64,000 nucleotides of DNA from NCBI GenBank assembly GCA_028023455.1, contig JAQFVV010000004.1, positions 12,214,001-12,278,000 on the forward strand. Reading direction: 5' to 3'. Source of the stretch: Epiperipatus broadwayi (lineage: Eukaryota; Animalia; Onychophora). This document shows positions 50,141-64,000 of this stretch, piece after piece; the first letter of the stretch is position 1; each line of letters begins with the position of its first letter. Under the pieces are notes generated by a model that had not been told where the DNA came from, searched no databases, and saw only the letters and a program-made list of their open reading frames with translations. A program made the translations under genes and the position numbers.

Positions 50141-50814
50141 CTTATGTTAATAATTAATAACACACGTATGTATCCCCTTGTTATATAAAGATCTATTCAC
50201 AATGATGTAACATTTTCATATGTTTTATATTAATAAAAGAGAACCCCCGACCATGTGATTATACAGCAATCATAAAAGTAATAATTAAAATTTATTTTAC
50301 GTTCAACGGATGTTTCATGATCTAAATTGATGACTTTATGCTTTAGTCATGACTTTCCAGTATACGACTATCGTATTTAAGATTTTGAATGATTTATGAA
50401 AAATATATTGGAACACTTTTCAGGAGTTGTCTGGACAATATTAAAGAGTGATCGTTTCTTTTATTGAGACACGAATAAATTTATCAGAAAGAAGTTATAT
50501 AATGAATCTAAGCCTTAATATACAAGTTTCCCTGACATGTGACTTACTGTCAACCTCTCCCTTCACTATATATAATAACAACATAACACACATACTGCAA
50601 GCAAAACAAAACAAGATATACATTTCCTTAAGATCCCTCTTTTATTAGTTTTTGCCTATCAATGAATAGAGTGCACAGGTAAAATTTATTTCATTAATTA
50701 TGGTACTAACTAATTACAACTATGCAAAAGAGTTCACATATTTTAGCTTTTATAATTAAAAAAAAAAACCCATCTAATCATATTTTCTCTTTTTTACATT
50801 ATCACACTGCAATC

Positions 50815-51084
50815 ATTTAACACAGCATTACGCTATTGCACATGCGCTTTGAAGATTTTAACTATAAATGAATGAATACTAACACTCAACCACATGATAA
50901 AGTCTTTGGAAAAGATAGAATGGCCATCTATCTTTTCGCCCATACAAAAGCGTTTGGGTTCGAAAAGATAGATGGCCATTCTATCTTTTCCAAAGACTTT
51001 ATCATGTGGTTGAGTGTTAGTATTCATTCATTTATAGTTAAAATCTTCAAAGCGCATGTGCAACAGCGTAATGCTGTGTTAAAT
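50815..51084. repeat. Nested palindrome, 124-bp arms, 1 mismatch (family B-related)
   Basis: 50815-50938 / 50961-51084; each arm carries an internal 11-bp hairpin GAAAAGATAGA/TCTATCTTTTC. Confidence 0.95.
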
Positions 51085-51439
51085 ATTACAGTTTACAAAC
51101 ATCGCGCTATGAAAACATCCATCTATTCTTTATTGTCAATTTTACATGATTAATCTTTAAATAGGATTTTCAATTGTTTTCTGGTTTCAGCAAATTGTTA
51201 TCCGATTAATTCTGATAAAGGAAATTAAATAGCTATTTATTTAAAGCATTGAAGTGAAACTTTTTTTTTCTTTTACTTTTATTCTTAATACCATTTTAGT
51301 TTAATAATTAAATATAATAAAAACTGTGGAATAAGCTCTACAATATTTAAATACCAATATATATAAATAATATGTGATACGATGCGGTGTGACTTCTTTT
51401 TCAGAGTCAGAAATCTTTCAGCCACTATGCTCAGAGAAA

Positions 51440-54400
51440 CCTGTTTATTTACAAAGCATAATCTTTGTCAATTCCATGACCGTTACATCTAATTCCTCAT
51501 TATCTTTTCCCAAACCCAGCATAAAAACGATGAATCCACTTTCTGTGTAATCACTTTGTTAATATTTATTCTTCAACAACTTCATTATTTGTATCCTTTC
51601 TGCTTTCAGACATTTACATTCAAGTAACAGATGTCTGATATTTTCTATGCCTTCCTTACACAACTTGCAGACTAAATCACCAACACTTTTTCCATTTATG
51701 AGTATATTCCCTTGTTGCTGATGATCCTGTTCAAGCCTTAAATAGTAAACTACTTTTCTTGCTATTATCGTAAATTAACTGGCACCCAATATTCTGTTTA
51801 CTTCTATATACAGTATATTTAAATTCTTTTTATTCTCCATACTTGTTCTCCACCTCTCCAATTTCCTATTTTTTTATTAATGCATCTATTCTCCTATCCC
51901 ATTCCTTGTATAACACACAACAATTCTCCTAACACAATCATCCCACCTTTTGTATAAGTATACTGACATAAATTCTTTATCCAAATCTTCTGCATACTGT
52001 ACTACCTTTGTGACCCATCTTGTTACTTGTCCTTTACTCATAACTCAATTAAATACGATTTTGGCTATTCTCTTATTATCCATAAACTACAATCAACTGA
52101 ACATTTTCATTTTGCTTTTTACATTTGTCATATAAAAACTTGACCATCCCATTTTTTCTTGAATTGCCTCCTTTGCAGTCCACACATCTGCATCTAATCC
52201 AAGTGTTCCTACTTCTCTTTGTACTTTTTCTAAGTAATCTAACATCCCTTTACTAACACATAATGCATCATTACCATATGTTAACTCTGCTATTGCCACT
52301 CCCATACAATTCTAACTACATCATATTTATTATATAAAAACACTGTTAATTTCTTTATTAGTCTCTTTTCTTTGCTTCATTTACCAATTTTTTCTCCCAT
52401 TCACCTAAGCAATTTCTCTGATAACTTAAGACAATTCCCAAATAGTTATAATTATTCACCACACTAAAAATAAAAATAAAAATTCTTTGTCTTCTCTTTC
52501 CCCAGCATTAATCATCATTACTTTTGATTTCTTTACCCACCCTTGTGCATTTCTTCAGCATAACTTCCACATCTTTCCCACTTTCTGTGCACAAGAAGAC
52601 ATCATCCACAAATAAATGACCCGATAATGTATATACTCCCTTTCCACCTGTTAACAGTATCTCTACCCCTCTTCCTAGTCTTTCTATTGCTTTCTTCATT
52701 TCTGTCAAATACAACAAAAACAAAATAGGTGACATAGGACATCCTTGTCTTAGTTCCACCCCATTTTTAACTTTAATCGATTCTATATTCCCTAATTGAT
52801 GTGTATAGTAATTATTTTCACACAATCTCTTAATAAGATCCACTAAAACTCCATCCATTCCCAAATTTACTAAACTTACACATAATATATTTTTATTTAC
52901 TCTATCATATTCCTTCTCTATATCAATAAAAACCATCTATAACTATCTGCCTATATTTCTACTCATATCTATAAGTTGTATAACTACAAATAAATTATTT
53001 CCTATTTGTCTATCCATTCTAAAACCTCCTTGCATTGTTCACACTATTTTATTTTCATCCATCCATTTTGCCATCCTTCCAGCACCATTTACACAACACT
53101 GATGTTACTGCTATCAGTCTATAATTTCTTCAACTTTCTATGATCCTTACACTTTCATTTAAATAGCAACCATACTCTTGTATTACTCCAATTATCCAGA
53201 AAATCTCTATTCTGTGACTCTTATTAACACATGATAATAGGTTTAATTTTGTTTTACATCCTATATTCATTACCATCTCTATTGCCCAATCTCTTGCCTT
53301 TCTACTTGAATTTCTTCTCTGCCTCATTTTTTGTGAAAACTTAATATTTCCATTATTATATGCTTTTATATTTGTTATCCCTCTGTCCTTCACATCTAAC
53401 ATCTTTTCTATAACCATTACATACTTATTTAAAATTGTCTCTAATTCTTCTCTAGAGTTATTCTCTCATCATCTAGTAATACTATTTCTCTCTTGTTTAC
53501 CTTCCTTTGTTTAATGTATTTCCAAATTTTTTACTCTCATATTTTCTACTTTTATTAATATCCTTCAACAACTGTTTAATTTCATTCTCTCTCTATAATT
53601 ATCTATTTTAGCCAACATTTTTTAAAATACTTTTCCCATTTAACATTAACATCTTTTTCACTTTCTTTGTTCTTAATAGCACATTTATATTGCCTACATG
53701 CTTTTTTTTTCTCACTTTTACTAACTCTCATTGTTCTATTACTTTTATTCTTCTCAATATTCTCACCTAAAACTCTATTTGCCACTTTTTCTACTTCACT
53801 ACTCCAGTCCTTATATTTATCCCCAACCAACTCTCCAATGACTTTTATTTTATATTTTTCTAACTTTTTTTTTATTATTTATTCTCCATATACATCTTCG
53901 CTATCCTTTCTACATTTATTATTATTTCCCATCACATTACTAACCATTTCTATTATAAAAAAATATGATCATTATTTAATACTCTCTCTTCATTATCAAA
54001 CATTTTAATTTTCTGTATTTTATTCATTTTCTCTTTTTCTACCAATACATAATCTATTGTGTGAAATATATTATTTCTAGATCATGTATATTGGCCCTCA
54101 TGAATACTTGATAAATTTCCAATGCTCAAATTTACTTCCTGACAAAAAATATTAAAAATCTGTCCATTCTTGTTATCTACATCATCAATTTCTTCAATAT
54201 GTTCATTCAAATCCCCTATAATCATTATTCTCTTCACACTTTTTTTGAAACTCTGTATTTTCTTTAACTAGGTATGCATATATGCTATTGTTCCACTCTA
54301 TTATATATAGTCTGACTATCTCCAGTGGCTATATACATTCTGAATTATAAGCATTTGATATTCTTCATTAAGTGGATTAACTAATCTTCCCATTCCAGGT

Positions 54401-54620
54401 AATAAACTATCAATCTTCATAATGTTTTCTTTCACTTTTATTTATAATGAATCCTACTCTAATTATGCTATCAATATATTTGACTTTATAGTAATATATA
54501 TGACCACTATTTAAATCAATTTACTCTGGATCTTTTCTTCTAACTTCCCAAAGTCCAACAATGCCCCATATAATATTGGGCATTTCTTCCAATTTGTGAA
54601 ATCTTTCTTCACTTGAAAGT
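51440..54620 (-). mobile_element. APE-RT-zinc-knuckle LINE ORF2, near full length, degenerate
   Basis: Endonuclease-like N-terminus near 54570; NYRLIA; FIDIEKEYDRV; LRQGCPMSPILF; LFVDD; CCHC knuckle CKLCKEGIENIRHLLLEC at ~51615-51670. Confidence 0.85.
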
Positions 54621-55651
54621 GATCTTTCAGTTGTAAATACCTAAAATAAAAGATCTTCATTGAATAGCAGCCTGGGCCCATAATCAGACCATTTTCAGTA
54701 TCCTCTGCTTTTGACTTCTAATAACTTTGCAGCCTTCTGGGATTAAAGGACATCATTTAGCCTTATCTGTCATGGTATTAAATATTTATTAAAAGAAAAC
54801 TTCATTTGCAGACATATTTTGTCTTCAAAAAATCTCAACTGATAATAGCCATGATGTTTTTAGAATTAAACTCAAAGATACAAAACCAATAAATTCACTA
54901 TGCTGAATGATATCCATTAATATTCATATGCCATCATAAACTTTATTGCATGGTGAAAAGCTGACTTTAATTAAAATCAATAGAATCAATATGTTTATGG
55001 ATTGTAATCTATTGCTTGGTCACATATATAATATAGATAACCTGAACTATTTAGCAACATAGATTAAATATGTATAAACTTATGGGTTAATAAATACTTC
55101 AAATGAAAAAGAAGTGCTGAACGTCAATCCTTTGGATATAAAATTATAATGTCCTTTCAAACAGATAGTAAACTATGATTCACCTCCAGTACCCGAAGAA
55201 AGGATAATGAATTATAAATCTGAAATATTTTAATACCACTAATGGATTATGGATTATAAAGTCAAATATCTTATCTTATAAAAGTTAAATTTATCAACAA
55301 GCCCTCAAATGGATTAACATGTTAAATATAACATAACAATAATCAAATAGTAATAACAGCAGCAATAACAAGAATGTAGTGGATTGGCTATTGGGAATTT
55401 TCAATGCTTTCTTCTTTTAAGGCTTCAAAGAGGATGTTCTATATGTGGACATATTTGGGGTCCAAAGATTGTTTTGTATAATCATTGCAAATCTTATTTC
55501 TTAAGTAGTTTTTCTTTTCTGTCCTTGGAAATGAAATGGCCATACTCATTTAAAAGTGGCTGCTATATGTATGTAATAAAAAAAAGTAAAAAAAGAAGTA
55601 CATGGGTGAAATAACAAGCAGATTTCAGACATCATTTAAAAATTATGAAAT

Positions 55652-55882
55652 TGAAATGAAGTGGGAATAGACATATTTCTAGAAGAGTTGATAATAGATG
55701 TAATTGATCCTAAGAGATTGTAAAGATCTAGAAAGACACCACATATAAAAACAACTAAATAAAATAAAGACATTTGCTGGTAATGTTGTGAAGAAGATAG
55801 AGTAGGAATCACAGAAATTGATTAAACTTGAAAATACATTCATTCTGTAATGGACCAATAATAGTTCAAAATGGTGATAATA
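55652..55882 (+). mobile_element. RTE-type LINE 3' end, decayed
   Basis: Colinear with 29270-29515 (atatttctagaagagttgataatagatg, agagattgtaaa, gaaagacaccacat). Confidence 0.65.
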
Positions 55883-56449
55883 TTATGCATATTTTATTTT
55901 ATAAATGGAATCTCATACTGATGCCAAAGTTCTTAACGTTATTTCCTACTCAATACACAAATATGGTAAAATTAATATTTAATTTGAATACATGATTCTT
56001 TTCAAGAGTAAAAATAAATAAATAATAAAAAACACCTATTTGAAAAATATATCAACAATTGCATTGCATTTATTTATTTAGACAGTTTAACTATTCACAA
56101 AAAATATCATAACGGAAGATTCATAGATTGCAATAAAGAGATAGATTCAGTAGCAGCTTTATTAAGTTCTTTAAATCTGGCATAGTAGTCCTGGATTCAA
56201 CAATCATTAACTATTTGATTCATGATTTGGGTTATTTCGCATTTAATAGATGTAAAATTCTATTTATGAAATAGATGGGAAAAATAACCATAGGGTTGTG
56301 ATCAATCTGTTGGTGGGATTCCAATTGTATTTAAAAAGAACAATTTCAGCTGGCTTTATTATTGAATCTGAAAAAAAAATTGTTTAAAACCTCATAAGAA
56401 TTCAATTATTTTATGCCAAAAATTCTTGTAGATTTTTGGTTGAATATCT

Positions 56450-57040
56450 AAACAGAGGATCTAGTGTTGGGAAGTGGAAAGTATATCTTGAATAAGTCTA
56501 ATCTGTTTAAGAGGTTTTTTTATAAGACAATTTCTTTTCTAATAAAGGATGGAGGAATAACTAAAAGAACAGGAAGTCACAGCTAAAAAGTAGATTTAAC
56601 TATGCCAGTAATATATTTCATGGTAAAATTTAAATAACTATCTAGAAGTTTAATGTAAACCGTTTCTCAAACAGCTGCATATTCTTCGCTAACAAAATTT
56701 CATAGTGCTAAGAAAGATGTCTATAAAGAATTTGTTATCATAGTAAATGAAAAAAAAATAATTCAGGTTATGGCTCAATGTTACATAGAATAGGATTGTA
56801 TTTCAGAGTATTGCTGCATAAAATTATATTAAGGTTGTGAGGAAACTCCTTGTTAAAATTTAGCTGTCTTCATTGGATTAGCAATGAGACTTCATTCATT
56901 GAAAAATATTTACAATCTTTTCATATATCCTTAATGAAAGACCTTTTTAATTCAGGAAAACATATTTCTTGAGAAGTTAAAGCAATATCAACAGCATAGA
57001 TAAATTTCCAGCATTTTGCATCAGAAGATCACTATATTAA
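56450..57040 (-). mobile_element. RTEX-like LINE RT remnant
   Basis: FIYAVDIALTSQ (FIYADD), RTSFLAL and LPVL..IPP..IR in the expected order. Confidence 0.6.
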
Positions 57041-57660
57041 ATAAAGTAGGTGAAATAAATAAACACTGTGGCAGAATGTTATATAAAATTTTAGTATGTT
57101 TTGAATTTTAGAGAACAATTTGTCAAATAAACTAATAATTACATCCAATTAATTATGAACCACATATTTAAATAAGTGTCATAAAACTAAATAGAACCAC
57201 AAATATATAAATAGGAAATTGATTAATAGTCATCCAAACTAAATCAACACTATATGCAAATGATCTTTTTAAAAGAACTTTAATTCAGATATCATTGGAG
57301 ACAAACATCAGATCCCACTAGTTCCACATCTGTGTTGAATAATTAGTTTACCCTTCTAAATGTAATATTTAATTTCTAAAAGAGCTTTATGAGAAAAAAA
57401 TCCATTTTGAATATTCCAGAGCAGATGAAATCTGAATTGTCAAACTGAAGCGTTCTGTATAAATAAAAACATAAAAAAGGTCCAAAAATCTATTCGATTT
57501 TTTTCATATAACTACAATTTAAAACTGGAAAAAAAACTTTTGAGAAAATTTAATCAACAATTATTAAATCTCTAAGAAATAATAACAAACATAAAATTAA
57601 AATAATAATCAATTAAAAAAACAATGAAATTAGAGAATATTTTCAATTACTTATAATATT

Positions 57661-58253
57661 CATTCAAATATCAACCTTTTAAGCTAATTGTGCACGTGCT
57701 TTGCGAGTGTTAAATAATAAATGAATACTTTCCTTTCCAATACAAGATATAGTATTTATGCAGGAATAAAATGAATCCACTTATTCCTACAACTCAAATG
57801 CTTATATATGAGCAAATCTGAAGTACTGGCAAGGAAAGCGGGAGAAAAAACCACTCACTTTAAATTACTATCTACGATGTCTGAATGAATGACGTTGGTG
57901 AAGTTGTCTAGAATTTACTAAACATCACTCTAACTGAAACTTAATCATATGTAAATAAGCATTTATTTTTATATAGCACTGTGTTTACAATTGTATTACA
58001 TTCAAATATCAGCCTTTCAAGCTAATTGTGCACGCGCTTTGTGAGTGTTAATAATAAATGAATACTTTCCTTTCCAATACAAGATATAGTATTTATGCAG
58101 AAATAAAATGACTCCACTTATTCCTACAACTCAAATGCTTATATATGAGCAAATCTGAAGTATTGGCAAGGAAAGCATGAGGAAAAACCACTCACTTTAA
58201 ATTACTATCTACGATGTCTGGATGAATGACATCGGTAAAATTGTCTGGAATTG
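57661..58253. repeat. Direct duplication of ~255 bp (57661-57917 and 57999-58253); 5' part related to family B
   Basis: aagctaattgtgcacg..ctttg.gagtgtta.ataataaatgaatac in both; ~90% identical. Confidence 0.9.
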
Positions 58254-60479
58254 CCATATAATTATGATTGCTGTTGAAAAAGCTTTAAAAATATAAAATT
58301 CTTGTTGTCTACAAATTATGGTATAATTCTGATGACAATGAAACACCATAGAAGTTATAAAATTACATCACTTTTTGTATATTGAAATAACTACTATAGA
58401 AATGCCATAAACACCCATTATCTCCTTTGCGCATCCCAAAAGATCAAACATCAAATTTTTATTCATGTGGTAACTACTAAACTCAAAAAATATTAAAATT
58501 TTTAAATATATATCTACTTATAAATGGGATACTCAAAGTAATTTACACATATATTAAAATAAAATCCTTGTTTTTATTTCATTTTTTTCGTAAATCGCAA
58601 TTTAAAACATATATTCAAAATAAATAAGCCAAGCCTAAAATTGCACATGATGTATTAAATTATTACATGTTAAGCTTGATACATTGAAGCTGTAAAAAAA
58701 AAAGAATATATCTAACAAGGAAACGTATATGACTGAAAAATGCAATTGGATATACAAATTTAATATTTTTTTTTTAAAAAAGCAGGATTTAAAAAATCTG
58801 ACATATAGCTCTCCCATGTCAATTGTAATAACATAAGACTGATGATTTTTCACAGGTGATGGAGACAGTTTAGTGAGTGATTAATAAAGAAAACCACAAT
58901 CACTTCATGACTGCACCAATCATTTACAAAATGATTTAAAACTGATTCAAGAATCAGTCTTGATTATTGATCTAGCAAACTGCTTAAAAACTAAAGTTAA
59001 AGATAAAAGAATAACGAAGAATATTTACACATATAAAGGCATATATTTCCAACATTAAATATTTTTTTAAAAAGTGATTTTTTAACAAAGGATTCACAAA
59101 CTATAATCAAATATTCTTCAAAGAATTCGTGATATTTCTTATCATTTATTGAAAATAAATTTAACCATTTCAATAATTTAAATGAATAAAAAAGTAACTA
59201 TATTACTGTAAAATAATATCACACTTAATAAGCAATAGATCTACTGGCACAGAGTTTTTCTCTTTTTTTACAAAATTTAAATTATACTTTTTACATGATT
59301 ATTGTAGACTATTTCTTGTCAACTGTTTTGATGAAATCTCTTCCACATTAGCATTCATACATTTTATCTAATCAGTCAAAAGTTAATTTGGCTGCTGAGC
59401 AAAAATTAAACATCTTTCCTGCATAAGAATGTACGCAACACATCATTAATTACATATATTATCTAAGTTTATCGCTTTAGGAGATTTAAAAAAGCCTCAA
59501 TGATTTACGTTTAAATCACTAATCAAAAGCAATTCAGTTTAGACATTGTGCTAAAATGATTTATCACAAAGATCTGTATGAATGATTTTATTATTGCTCA
59601 AATGAACATTGGAAACATTTTTTACCCTTTAAAATTGGCTTATCATACTCCAGTAATTATGACATATATTTATTTTATGATATAATGAGAAAAAAGACTA
59701 TTCTAGAATTTTATATTTATTTCAAATGCACCTGGAAGTAAAAATTAATAGTTGAATTAATCTAACTAGCCAATATTTTTTTTAAAAAAAAAACCCCTTT
59801 TTTTAGACTTTGTATAGCTAAGCCAGCTGAACCCATTATGAGAGATATACACTATCCCACACCATTCTACAATATTATAAAACAATGCTAATGGCAGAGT
59901 ATCATAAAATAAATTTGGAGACTGCCCATCATATGTAATCTCAACCTTTCTAAATTAATTTCAAAAACAGAAACATCCCTTAACAGCATTGATTAACAGA
60001 ATTTACAATTTTATGACAATATTTTGTTATCACTTTTAAGAAACCATAATTCTTGAAATATTAACTTCACCTTAAAATTGTGTCATGAAACATATAACTT
60101 ATATAATAATGTGATTTAATGACCTTTCTTATAAAATTATTCTCATAATAAAACATACAATATTTACAACTTATTACAACAGTATAATGTACCTCTTTAA
60201 GTTTCTCTTATTATCATGTGACGGCAATTTAAATTGATCCAGCCATTTATAGAACATAAGGCACTATGAGGGTTAATAATTGTCAACCATTCAAATGTTT
60301 AAATATTTTGATAAATAAAGATAATATGTATTCACTTTTAAAATGCCCTTTCCATCACTAAAATAAATATAAAACTTTTGTACTTGTATCAATCATAATA
60401 TTACTAATAACAATGATGATAATAATAAAAAATGAAACAAATCCACTATTCTTATTACTGTTACAATGCTTATTTTATT

Positions 60480-61790
60480 AAAATTTATCAATCTTAATTT
60501 TTTATAATTTTATCAATGCATAAATATGGATAAGTTGATGTTAATAATAATAATAATCTGAACAAGACTAACTTTATTATCAATGCCCTTAAATGGATCA
60601 ATGGTATACAATGGAGCATGGATGACCCATAGGGTTGCAACTTAATGGCATAGTATTTAGCATCATGTTTAATAAATTTGAGATGGCAGTTATTCCCAGA
60701 CACTTTACCACAGTTTTCATGTTTATATATATATATATCACATTAGTGATGTGTTAATTTATGTTGAAGAAATTATAATTAAAATACGTGATAAGCTGAC
60801 TCAACTGTCATCTTTGGTGTGAACCATAAAGTATGAAGATACATTTAAAGAAATAAAATTCTAGGATATGTACATACAACAATCCAATAATGAAATAAAT
60901 TATAAAATGACCAGTAAACCTTTCAATGTTCATGGTGCATCCAAGTATTTCCTTTGCAGAAACCAAAATCTTTGCAAGCTCAAGGCAGACAAGAAATATA
61001 ACATTGAAAATTACACCAAAGACTTAGTGAATGTAGGTTCTGATCAAAATTGCTTAATAAGATTCCTCAAAAATTTTTATTCCACAATAAACACCAAGCT
61101 TCCATAACAATACTAATACATGGATTAATCTTCCATTTATACCTGATGCATTGCAAAGATTAAAAACAATTTGCTTTGAGGAGTTTAATATTAATTTCAG
61201 AATCCATCCTAACCTAAATCAGTTATTAAACAATACTAAAGATAAGTTGCTTCTGAATCAGGCCCTCCAGACCATCTATACAATTAGTTGCAGTGAACCT
61301 ACTTGTAATGCAATTTATTATGGTGAATCCCATGCCAATAATGCAACTATGTTAGCACAACATAAGTATATATAAATTTATATAGTTGCACTAATAGCAT
61401 ATAAAAGCAATTTACCCGCTGACAAAGAAGCTGCAAAAACCAAAACAATTAAATAGGCTGAGTACTTTCGAGGTAGATTCTAACATAAAATTGGGGTTTC
61501 TGGAATATAAGATCAATTCTGATCAAAACTTCAATCCACTTAACATCAAAGTAGCTAGTGCTGAACACAATTTTCAAAAAAGAAAATTTAAAGAGGCATG
61601 GTTTATTTCCAATAACACCTACTTCATAAAAAAGATTCATATGTTGTTTTTATCATGCAAGTGGAATATGTAAATCTATCAATTTATATATTTATTACTT
61701 TATGTTCATTCCCTGCTTGCTCTTCCTCAAAAATCTGACTTTATCTAGTGCTTTTAATATGACCTTCCTAGTTGAAAGCAGTGATTGGTT
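60480..61790 (+). mobile_element. Second Penelope-like element of the 12.8-kb family, older
   Basis: WYTMEHG*PIGLQLNGIVFSI (RT); INYKMTSKP; RNQNLCKL; LLNNTKDKL; IYTISCSEPTCNAIYYGES (GIY-YIG). Confidence 0.85.
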
Positions 61791-61799
61791 AGTTAATTA

Positions 61800-62767
61800 C
61801 ACCTGGGTCTCGTTTTATGCGGATTATTTTAATGCAATTTTGAAGTTATGCGATTCATGTTTCTTCTTAATATCTTTCATATTTCACTATATTTATTAGA
61901 GATCAATAAATTTAAATTATTAATAACTTATTTTGACTTGAAATACTTTTTTTTTTTCAAAAATATAACGTTATATTAGCAGCTAACGTGAATATGGACT
62001 GAAGCTGTATTTAGAATTTTAGCTTCTATGTAAATAACCTATTTATACTAATGAGTAAATAATAATAATAGATTTATACTTACATATAAAAATATCACAA
62101 TAAATATTCAAAAAATTTAAACTTTTAAACTGTATTTTGTTATATATAACAGAAATAAATAATATTTTAGATTTTTAAAATAAAAAATGATTTTATAAAC
62201 TGAAAATAATCTTTCTAATGATAATGTATAATCTTTTTGTTTTGATTACGATCTCATTTTTTTAATATAGAAACAGAAAACCATTAACACAGCATAAAAC
62301 TAAAAGTGGTGCTAGTTGTACATCACATCATGAATAAAAATAAAGTGGCTAATAGGTTTTTCTGGGCATAATTGCTGAGAGATTCTTGACTTCGTTTAAG
62401 GAGAAGCCACAATACATCACATCACATCCAATCTGATTTCTTACCAGTTTACAAATGAACGCTAGCGGTAATGATTAAAATATGTATGAAAAATGTAAAA
62501 TTAAATACTGTAGTTAGTAAAAAAAGTTTGACTTGTATTAATTTTTTTCAAATATTTGAAATTTTTTATTAGTCATACTTTAATTGCTTATTTTTTTAAT
62601 GCGAATTTTAAAGTAATTTTTCCGTGTTGCTTTGCTTTTATGCGAATTCTGAAAATTACAGCACCTATCCCCCATTTTTCAAGGTAAGTTAAGTATATTT
62701 TTGTGCAATTTTTTTTAATGCACATTTTCTGTGGAACCTATCTACCACATAAAACGAGACCCAGGTG
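61800..62767. mobile_element. Tigger/pogo-like MITE with TA target duplication
   Basis: TA|CACCTGGGTCTCGTTTTATG ... CATAAAACGAGACCCAGGTG|TA; no ORF. Confidence 0.85.
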
Positions 62768-64000
62768 TAGTAGTGTTGTTAATCTTTTCTTTGAAGCACA
62801 CTATACTCAGTATTAAATTAAATAATACTTAAAGTATTTGATATTACACATTTTAAAATATTTTCTTAAATCAATAATAAATTGATAACTGAAATATACA
62901 TTTTGAATAACTCATAAATATATAGAGAAGGATTTTCCAAGCGTTTCAACTTCAATATTTTAATCACATAAATAATAAATTTTTATATAATTAATGTCCT
63001 AATATTCATCTCATACAGTTTTTAATTATGCCTTATTTCCTTTTAATGATTCCGCTTATGGAGTGACTTTATTGACAGAATAATATTTAATATTATATGT
63101 GTTAATTATTCTAACTTTGAAAACAAAAGGTAAATCAATTTTTTTTTTCATTTTAAATACCATGAAGAAATTTTTCTTGATTTCCAAACTATTTTAAATT
63201 TTAATTATCATAAGAATCAACCTGTAAAACCCCCCTCTGATAATATGGGAATTTTTAAACAAGCAGACCATTTTTATAAAATATTTAAAATTTAGAATAT
63301 ACTAAATTTATAAATACACCAATAAACGTGCAGCAAAGAGTACACAAGTGACATTTCATTGTTTAATTAAATGGCATTCATATTTTAAATTTTTATTGAG
63401 AGATAAATCTTTTACACGTTATTTTCATGATTGTCAATCTATTTAACACAAAGAAATTTTCTTTCCTGTCCTATACAATTTTTGAAGTAATAAAATGCCA
63501 AAATTTTATTATATATCACTATAATATTTAATGAGTTTACTATTGATGTCACCATTTTGATATTTTATGCATCATTTGAAGATTTTAACATCATCATCCC
63601 CAGTTATTCAAAAATGAATATGACACCATTCCAATTCCAAGAGAAAGATATTTAAAAAAAATAATCTAGAGAAAAACCAATCTGTGAACCACAAATACAT
63701 AGCATATGGACAATGAGGCATATATTGACAATGATGATCCATTTCTCTATTTATTTTATATTTTGTGATTTAATCTCTTCTATAGCAATCTTTCCTTTCT
63801 GAAATATATTAACACTGTCTGTAATTGTAGCTTTCCAATGCATTCTGCTATCTGCCATATCTTCTCAATGAAATAAATCAATAATAATCTTACAGCATAA
63901 ATGGTGTCCAGTTCTAATATTAAAACAATGCTCAGGTTTATCATAAAACATTCTTTTATTATATAGAGAGCTTGCAAAATAAACTCTTAACAAACTTTGC

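Noticed and set aside
50833-51153. Twin ORFs with identical N-termini on opposite strands
   Set aside because: A direct consequence of the palindrome.
53667-54008. Hydrophobic 113-aa ORF
   Set aside because: Antisense of the purine-rich LINE ORF2.
58329-58345. CTGATGA-CAAT-GAAAC
   Set aside because: Only 4 unpaired nt between the core halves; no helices I or III.

Overview
Very AT-rich (about 25-30% GC by eye), CpG-depleted eukaryotic DNA, most likely an invertebrate animal (inference from repeat content and an insect-type tRNA-Gly match). It is mostly intronic or intergenic sequence full of decayed transposons. These include three Penelope-like elements (PLE; RT + GIY-YIG), many RTE-type and other LINE pieces, a degenerate Ty3/Gypsy element with LTR-like repeats, a mariner, a Tigger-like MITE, possible Sola and piggyBac remnants, and two tRNA-derived SINE families. 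No complete host gene could be identified; only low-confidence candidate exons were found (20.6-21.7 kb, 38.3 kb). There are no rRNA, intact tRNA or CRISPR features. Two signals stand out. (1) A dispersed ~380-nt non-coding repeat (element A, 8 pieces) carries a minimal type I hammerhead ribozyme with a palindromic helix III and ends in a Pol III B-box-like motif; one hammerhead (5847-5886) has an intact core. (2) The PLE, element A and a tRNA-SINE share one architecture, an inverted copy of the 3' end placed at the 5' end, and there are many young fold-back palindromes. Together these suggest a Penelope-driven set of non-autonomous ribozyme/SINE passengers (inference). Coordinates of decayed elements are approximate and identities are estimated by eye.
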